Source of the DNA: the human T2T-CHM13v2.0 reference genome, Homo sapiens
Length of the DNA: 64,000 nt
Direction: 5' to 3' (one strand)
Assembly (NCBI RefSeq): GCF_009914755.1
Contig: NC_060932.1
The first letter of the stretch is position 1; the number at the start of each line of letters is the position of its first letter. Both the position numbers and the translations under genes were made by a program. The notes under the pieces are model-generated. The model did not search any database. It had not been told where the DNA came from and saw only the letters and a list, made by a program, of their open reading frames with translations. Below, piece after piece: positions 56,281 to 64,000 of this stretch.

Positions 56281-58119
56281 TGAGATTGTTGATTTGAGAT
56301 CTTTCTAATTTCTTGATGAATGTGTTTAGTACTATAAACTTTCCTCTTAACACTGTTTTAGCTGCATCCCAAAGATTTTGGTAAGTTGTGTCTCTATTTT
56401 TATTAATTGCAAAGTTTTTTTTTTAATTTCTGCCTCAATTTCATTGTTCATCAAAGAGTTCCTCAGAAGCAAGTTGTTTAATTTCCAAGTATTTGTGTAG
56501 TTTTGAGAGATCTTCTTGGCATTGACTTCTACTTTTATTCATTGTGGTCCAAGAATGTGCTTTGGGTGATTTCAGTTGTTTTGAATTTATTGAGACTTGC
56601 TTTATAATTGAGAATGTGGTCAACCTTAGGATATATTCTGTGTGCAGATGAGAAGAATGTATATCCTGTGGTTGTTGGGTGTAGATGTCTATTAGGTCCA
56701 GTTGGTCTAGTGTTGAATTTTAGTCCAGAATTTCTTTGTTAATTTTCTGCCTCAATAATCTGTCTAACACTGTCAGTGGGGTGTTGAAGTCTCTCATTAT
56801 TATTGTGTGACTGTCTAAGTGTTTTCATAGGTCAAGACAAACTTGTTTTTATGAATCAGGGTGCTCCAGTGTTCGATATGTATATATTTAGGATAGTTAA
56901 GTCTTCATGTTGAATTGAAATCTTTATCATTATGTAATGTCTTTCTGTGTCCTACTTAATTGTTATTGGTTTAAAGTCTGTTTTATCTATTATAAGAATT
57001 GTGACTCCTGCTCTCTTTTGTTGCCTGCTTGCATGGTAGATCTTTCTTCATCTTTCTACTTTGAGCCTGTGAGTATCATTACATGTGGGATAGGTCTCTT
57101 AATGATAGCAGACAGTTGGATCTTGTCTTTTTATTCAGCTTTCCCCTCTATTTCTTTTAAGTAAAGGATTTACATTCAGGTTTAGTATTGATATGTGAGT
57201 TTTTGATCCTGTCATCATGTTGTTAGCTGGTTGTTTTGTAGACTCAATTGTGTAGTCACTTTATTGTGTTTGTGGGCTATGGAAAACCAAGATCAAGTAT
57301 CACTTCCTTTTAAAATGACTTTTTGAATCCTTAATCAGTTGAAAGCCACTTTAGAATTGTGCAGTACTTAGTTTTTACCCCTTAGAACCATTATCAAAAT
57401 TTGCCGTTTCTCCTTCTCTCTTAGTGTCCTGCAATTATTAGTATAATGATGCATTTTTTTTTAAATCAAAGAAAAGATCTGATACAGAAGGCACTGAGAC
57501 TTAGAGGCTTATACATGTAACTGGGCTTCCAGGGACAAACTCAAAAGTGTAGTTTTAGGTAGGCAATGGTCTAGAGAAACTGCCAGTGCCAAGGAAGTCT
57601 AAGAGGTATCCTGATAGGTAGGTGGATTTCCAGGACACTAAATCTGTGCTGGTAATAACAGTGAGCCAAGCAGATGGTCATTATCAAGGGGATTTGTAAC
57701 AACAGCCCAGTGGCAGAGTTAGAATTTAGGAATAGCAATCATTCTCTCAAAATACAGAAATATTCACAGCCAGACATAAGCCTTAGAGAAATTGCATACA
57801 GGCAAGAACTCTAGGGCCTTAATCACTGTACCTAGAGGTAGCCTAATTCCTGGGGAGTAGTTATAGCCACAGCACCAGGTGGGTTGACTTGATCCTCATC
57901 TAGACTCTTTGAGCTTTGCCTAAGTAGAAAGAGGGTAAGAGCAGAACCTGGAGTGAGATGGAGCCTGCTGTTAGGAGTTGAGGGGGCAGAGCCTGAACGA
58001 GGGCACTGTGGTTGAGGAGTATGCCAGAAAACTGCAGTATTCCTTGAAGGCATGGGCTACGGGTTCACCTCACTGTAAATATTCTTAGACAATGCACATT
58101 GTAGATGTTTGATAATTGC

Positions 58120-58165
58120 AAAAAAAAAAAAAAAAAAAAAAAGAAAAAAAAGAAAAAAAGAAAAA
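58120..58165 (+). repeat. Poly(A) tract A23GA8GA7GA5
   Basis: Directly visible. No Alu/L1 body upstream. Confidence 0.95.
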
Positions 58166-58770
58166 GGTTGCTCTAGATCCTAGACCTTTAATTCTGTACT
58201 TACTCCAGAGCTTGTCATTATCTTTTCTAATATGTGGCTCCCCTAAATCAACAACTCTGGTGTATGACAGTGGAAATTTTTACTTTTCTTGATCTAGTGG
58301 CTACACTTTATAAATGCCACCTAAGACTTTCTCATAGCATTTTGTGACAGATATGTTCGTTTAATAAACATTAGTACCTAATAAGCTTGTAGCCAACTTG
58401 ACTTTTAAGATTTTTTATAAGGCCTAATTTCAAATTTGGTTCCCCTATCCTAAACATGAAACTGGTTATTCAACCAAAATATAGGATTTTATGTATATAT
58501 AAGTTAAATTGTATCTTAAAGGCTTTAGTTTGAGCATTATAGAATATCAGGATAATTATAAAATGAGTTATACATCCCTTCTAGAATTATGCCATGAAAA
58601 AGTCACTAAATTTTATTTGTTTTTAACTACTTATTACTTGAATAAACTTATATAAGTTTTTCTATACATGCAAGCCCTTGTGTGTGTGAGTATGTGTTTT
58701 TGGTACATTTTTTATGCAAAGAATTTTGATCAGTGTTCTTTATATTTACTTAAACAAGAGATTTAATATA

Positions 58771-59058
<288 letters not shown>

Positions 59059-59239
59059 TAATAAAATTTTTAGAAAAATAGAACCAAGAACAGATTTTCC
59101 TAAGCCTACTCAGTTATTTGGAAAATGCCATTCTTAGGATTAAAGAAAAGAATATTTAACAAATTTTTGGAATATGGAGGCCCTTCATTAATTTTAATTA
59201 AGTTGTAAGGACAACTGTTACAGATTTAATTTTGATTTT

Positions 59240-61210
59240 TAATTTTCAAAACATTTTATTTGGAAAAAAATTACAACAATAGAAATAAATAGTGTATATA
59301 TAATGCCAATATATCCCTTAACCAGATTTACCTGTTAATGTGTTATGCCATTTGCTTCAATATTTATCATCATCCTCTCTCTTTGATACTGTTATCAGTT
59401 TTAATAAAATTAACATTGACACAATAATTTTATCTAATCTAATGCCCATATTTCAATTTTGTTACATGCTTCAATAATGTTTTTTACTCATTTTTTCTGT
59501 TTAAGGATCTCATTTAGGATTAGGTATTGCATCTAATTGTTATTTCTTTAACCTACTTCAATTGGGAAGAATTTTCACAGCTTTTATTATATTTTTATAA
59601 CATTGGCATTTTTCAAGAATTCAGTATCACTTCCTTCCTTTTAATACAATGTTCCTCATTTCAGGATGGTTGACGCTTCCTGATGATTAAAATCAATATA
59701 CACATTTCAGGTTGGAACAGAAGAAATGCAGTATTCCTCTGAGGACATCACTTCTGGAGGTACATGTTGGATGCCCATCTGCTCCTCAATGGTGATATTA
59801 ATTTGGATCAAAACAAGCATCATTGATTATCTTGTCCAGTTTATTATTGTATGGTTGTGATTATTTTCTCTTGCAACTGCAGAGTCTGAGGGAGAAACTT
59901 TAAGATTATGCAGATATTTCGGTTGGCCCTCATCAAATTTCCTCCCTACATTTTGCCCTCATTGGTAATGCTTGTTTGAAATATTTATCCTGATGGCACT
60001 AAATGGTGATTTTCTGCCTCCACCTTTCCCATTATATTTTCCTATAGGCTCTAGGGATTCTACTGTAGGTGAGAGCCCTCCCTTCTCCACTATTTATGTA
60101 TTTATTCGAACAGTTGGTTAGTTATCTATTTGTTATTAGTACAGACTCATGGATTCCTGTGTTTTCAGCGATCTGTGATTAACTGCCGTCCGTATTTATT
60201 TTGGTGTTTAAATTGGCCTAGATTTAGCCAGTGGGAGCTCCTTTCCACTTGTAACAGACATCCATTGGTTTTGTAGTTGTTGGTTGTTTTAGTATTTACT
60301 TATCTGAGGAATAACAGCAAGTTCTAGGTTCATTTTGCTCCTACTTGTGTTGTTATGATATACATTGGTTTTTGTCCATGGTTCCTGGCTCATAACTCCC
60401 ATAGTCCTTGTTACAGTCTTTTGTTACCATCATGTTGGGTGTGTTAAGCCTCAGAGGCAGGCCTCCACCTTTCTCCTGCCCTCCTTTTATCTGCTCCAAG
60501 GTAGGACTCGAGGTCTTAAGAACCTCCCATGAGAGAGTCCCACCCTATACCCTAGCGGGAGGAACGTTGATGTCATGAGGTCTCCACGGGGTGGCAGGGA
60601 ACAAGAAAACTGGGTTGAGAGAGCTTCTGGATAGCTCAACACATGGGGATTCCTGGAAGGTGGCTCACTCAGGGAAGTCATGGAAGCTCCCTGCCACTTC
60701 CCCCATACCTCGCCCTATGCATCTCTTCATCTGTACCGTTTGCAATAGCCTCCATAATGAACCAGTAAATGTAAGTGTTTCCCTGAGTTTTATGAGCCCC
60801 TCCTGCAAATTAATCGAACCCAAAGAGGGGGTCATGGGAACCCCAACTTGAAGCCAGGTGGTCAGAAGTTCTGGAGGCCTACACTTGTGACTGGCATGTG
60901 TGGGGATCAGTCTTGGGGACTAGCCCTCAACCTGTGGGATCTGAAGCTATCTCTTGGTAGACAGTATTGGAACTGAATTTGAGGATACCTAGCTGGTGTC
61001 CACTGCTTGGTGTTTGTGAAAAACAATCTCACACATATGGTAACAGAAATCTTCTTCCTGTTGATGACAGTTATGGTGTGAGAGCAGAGGAGAAACACAG
61101 TTAGAGTTTTCCCTACATACTACCCTACCACAGACCTGGAGTCAGCCATATGTCTGAAGAGCTGTCTTTCTATTTGGTGGGGAATGGTAGTAGAGACCAA
61201 GATGTTATCA
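59240..61210 (-). mobile_element. L1MC-type 3' region, interrupted by MER21
   Basis: ttggccctagatttagccagtgggagctcc-like and cctggagtcagccat...gagaccaaga motifs either side of the LTR. Confidence 0.6.
60346..61117 (+). mobile_element. MER21A-like ERV solo LTR
   Basis: tgtgttgttatgatatacattgg...gggtcatgggaacccc...ttttccctaca, with TG...CA ends and 4-bp TSD tact (60342-45, 61118-21). Confidence 0.85.
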
Positions 61211-61537
61211 ATTTTTGATATAGATCAATTTCACCTTTCTAAATGAATTATTTCTGTAACCTTTTTTTTTTCCTTATGAGAACCAGAATATCTCCCTAAT
61301 ATAAGTCTGTGGCAATTTCAGAATTACTGTCAGTAGCTTTGAGATTATATTAACAGGACCCTTTATTATTTTAGTGTGTGTTTTACTTAGACCCAGTGAT
61401 TTGAATTTATTTTCTATTGTTGGATACTCTTTATTAGATTATATATTTTAAATTTCAATATCTTCATTATAGTATACTTGTCTTTTTTGTCTTAAATGCA
61501 TTATGTTTCATAATGGGAATGCAAACAAAATACCATA

Positions 61538-62082
61538 TGTATTAGGGTTCTTGAAAGGGATAGAACTGATAGGATACATGTATATATTAGTATGAAGGGG
61601 AGTTTATTAGGAGAATTGACTCACACGATCACAAGGTAAAGTCCCACAATAGGCTGTCTACAACCTGAGAAGCAAGGAAGCCAGTCCAAGTGCCAAAACC
61701 TCAAAAGTAAGGATGCCAACAGTGCAGCCTTCAGTCTGTGACTGAAGGCCCAAGAGTGCCTGGCAAATCACTGGTGTAAGTTCGAGTCCAAAAGCTGAAG
61801 AACTTGGAGTCTGATGTTTGAGATCAGGAAGCATACAGCACGGGAAAAAGATGAAGGCGAGGACTCAGCAAGTCTCCTCATTCCACTTTCTTCTACCTGT
61901 TTTATTCTAGCCACGCTGGCAGCTGGTTAGATGATATCCACTCAGATTGAGGGTGGGTTTGCCTCTCCTAGTCTACTGACTCAATGTTAATCTCCTTTGG
62001 CAACACCTTCACAGACACACCCAGCAACAATACTTTGTATCTTTCAATCCAATCAAGTTGACACTCAATATTAACAATCATG
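61538..62082 (-). mobile_element. MLT2A2-like (HERV-L) solo LTR
   Basis: tgtattagggttc...aaaagctgaagaacttggagtctgatgtttgag...caatccaatcaagttgacactcaatattaac. TSD ccata/ccaca. Confidence 0.88.
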
Positions 62083-62230
62083 CCACATGATTCGATTAGT
62101 TTTTTATTTTGGGCATCCTTTTAATATTGAAACATAACACACATACAGTAAAATGCCCAAAGTATATAACTGAATGAAATTTTACAAATTATATATACCT
62201 GTGCAACAACAATTTATATCAACATATAAA

Positions 62231-62633
62231 TATCAGGCCTCTGAGCCCAAGCTAAGCCATCATATCCCCTGTGGCCTGCATGTACACATCTAGATGGCCG
62301 GTTCCTGCCTTAACTGATGACATTCCACCACAAAAGAAGTGAAAATGGCCTGTTCCTGCCTTAACTGATGACATTGTCTTGTGAAATTCCTTCTCCTGGC
62401 TCATCCTGGCTCAAAAGCTCCCCCACTGAGTACCTTGTGATCCCCACTCCTGCCTGCCAGAGAACAACCCCCCTTTTTCCTTTACCTACCCAAATCCTAT
62501 AAAACGGCCCCACCCCATCTCTCTTCGCTGACTCTCTTTTCGGACTCAGCCCACCTGCATCCAGGTGAAATAAACAGCTTTATTGCTCACACAAAGCCTG
62601 TTTGGTGGTCTCTTCACATGGATGCGCATGAAA
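62231..62633 (+). mobile_element. HERV-H LTR7 solo LTR (LTR7up-like architecture)
   Basis: t(a)tcaggcctctgagcccaagctaagccatcatatcccc...gcgcatgaaa. Perfect 5-bp TSD ataaa (62226-30, 62634-38), TATAAAA 62498-504, AATAAA 62569-74. Confidence 0.95.
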
Positions 62634-63180
62634 ATAAACATTTACACACAACCTCAAAGCTGCCCTTATGTACTCTGTTATTACTTTACTCAAAATGTTC
62701 AGGATTTCTGTTGACAATGTTTTTTACTTTTCATCGTACAAATTTGTACTTCTCTGCTAAATTTATTTCTATGTCATTTTTTGATACTATTGTAAATAGA
62801 ACTGTTTTCTAAATATTATTTTCAATTATTTAGTGCTCGTGTATAGAAGTACAATACGTTTTTGTGTATTAATCTTGTATCCTGAAACCTCAATAGACTC
62901 ATTTATTACTTCTAGTCTTTGTTTTTATTGGTAGATTTCTTAGATTTTCTATATACAGTATAATTTCATACTTATACTAGATAGTTTTACTTTTTCCTTT
63001 CTGATCTGGATGCTTTATTTATTTATTTATTTTACTTGTATATTTGCTTTGGCTAGCATTTCTAGTACAATGATATGTGGAAGTGGCAAACTAGCCACGT
63101 CTTGTTCCTTATCTTAGTCGGAAAGATTTCAGTCTTCAACCATTAATTGTGGCATTAGTTGTAGGTTTTCTGTAGATGCC

Positions 63181-63531
63181 TGTATTAGTCTGTTCTCATG
63201 CTGCTAATAAAGACATACCTGAGACTGGGTAATTTATAAAGGAAACAGGTTTAATGGAATCACAGTTTCACATGGCTGGAGAGGCCTCACAATCATGGCT
63301 GAAGGAGGAACAAAGTCACAGCTTACATGGCAGCAGGAAAGAGGGCATGTGCAGACCTCCCCTTTATAAAACCATCAGATCTCATGAGACTTATTCACTA
63401 TCACAAAAACAGCATGGAAAAAGTCTGCCCCCATGATTCAATTACCTCCCACCTGGTTCCTCCCATGACACATGGGGCTTATTACAATTCGAGGTGAGAT
63501 TTGCTTGGGGACACAGAGCCAAACCACATCA
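63181..63531 (-). mobile_element. THE1C/THE1D-like MaLR solo LTR
   Basis: tgtattagtctgttctcatgctgctaataaag...gacacagagccaaaccacatca. Perfect 5-bp TSD atgcc (63176-80, 63532-36). Confidence 0.92.
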
Positions 63532-64000
63532 ATGCCTTTTAACAAATTAAGGAAGTTTTGTTCCATTCCTAACTTGTTTAGGGTTTTTTATCATGAAAAT
63601 GTGTTGGATTTTGTAAAATGCTTTGTCTGTGTCTATTGAGATGATCATGCGGTTTTTGTTCTTTATTCTATTAATACTATGTATTACATTGATTTATTTT
63701 CATATGTTTAACCAATCTCACATTTCTGGGATAAATCTCACTCGATTGTGGTATATACTTCTATTTATATATTGCAAGATTTACATGTTATTGGGGATTT
63801 TTTTACATCTAAATTCATAGGGATGTTGTTCTGTAGTTTTCTTTTCTTGTAGTGTGTTAGTCTGCTTTAGGTGTCAGGGACATACTAACCTCATGAAATG
63901 AGTTATGAAGTATTTTCTCCCTTCTATATTTTGGAAGAGTTTGTTATGAGATAGTATTAATTATTCTTTAAATATTTGGTAGAATTCATCAGTAAATTCA

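Larger units (their letters stand above)
62110..64000 (-). mobile_element. Old L1M (L1MB/ME) fragments, interrupted by LTR7 and THE1
   Basis: Antisense ORF2 motifs (cttgtatcctgaaacct, tctgtgtctattgagatgatcat, ttggtagaattca). Runs off the window end. Confidence 0.7.

Noticed and set aside
58089-58102. Inverted SOX pair ACAATG-ca-CATTGT
   Set aside because: The 2-nt spacer is shorter than typical SOXE dimer spacing and there is no other support.

Overview
Hominid (human or great-ape) AT-rich, repeat-dense genomic DNA with no host protein-coding exon that I can recognise. All long ORFs in the track are LINE-1 ORF1/ORF2, or spurious frames in L1/Alu/LTR sequence. The main landmarks are: (1) a full-length ~6.03-kb L1PA2 on the minus strand (49482-55513), nested in an older L1, with exactly one nonsense codon in each of ORF1 and ORF2, no frameshifts and an intact 5'UTR; (2) a 2.5-kb 5'-truncated L1PA4/5 (8679-11175); (3) a HERV-H LTR7 solo LTR with the architecture of the pluripotency-active LTR7up type (62231-62633); (4) several MaLR/ERVL/MER21 solo LTRs, most with visible TSDs; and (5) Alus, MIRs, L2 and Tigger/hAT fossils. 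L1 copies are almost all antisense to the + strand and several good + strand pseudo-exon/exon candidates occur, so the window may lie inside a long + strand transcript (inference only). The most unusual non-repeat segment is 35.1-35.7 kb, which has TATA/Inr/MEF2-like motifs, a (CAG)8 tract, a tiny polyQ sORF on + and a signal-peptide-like sORF ending in a splice donor on -. I found no convincing new biological system. Repeat family names come from recalled consensus sequences and need RepeatMasker/Dfam confirmation.
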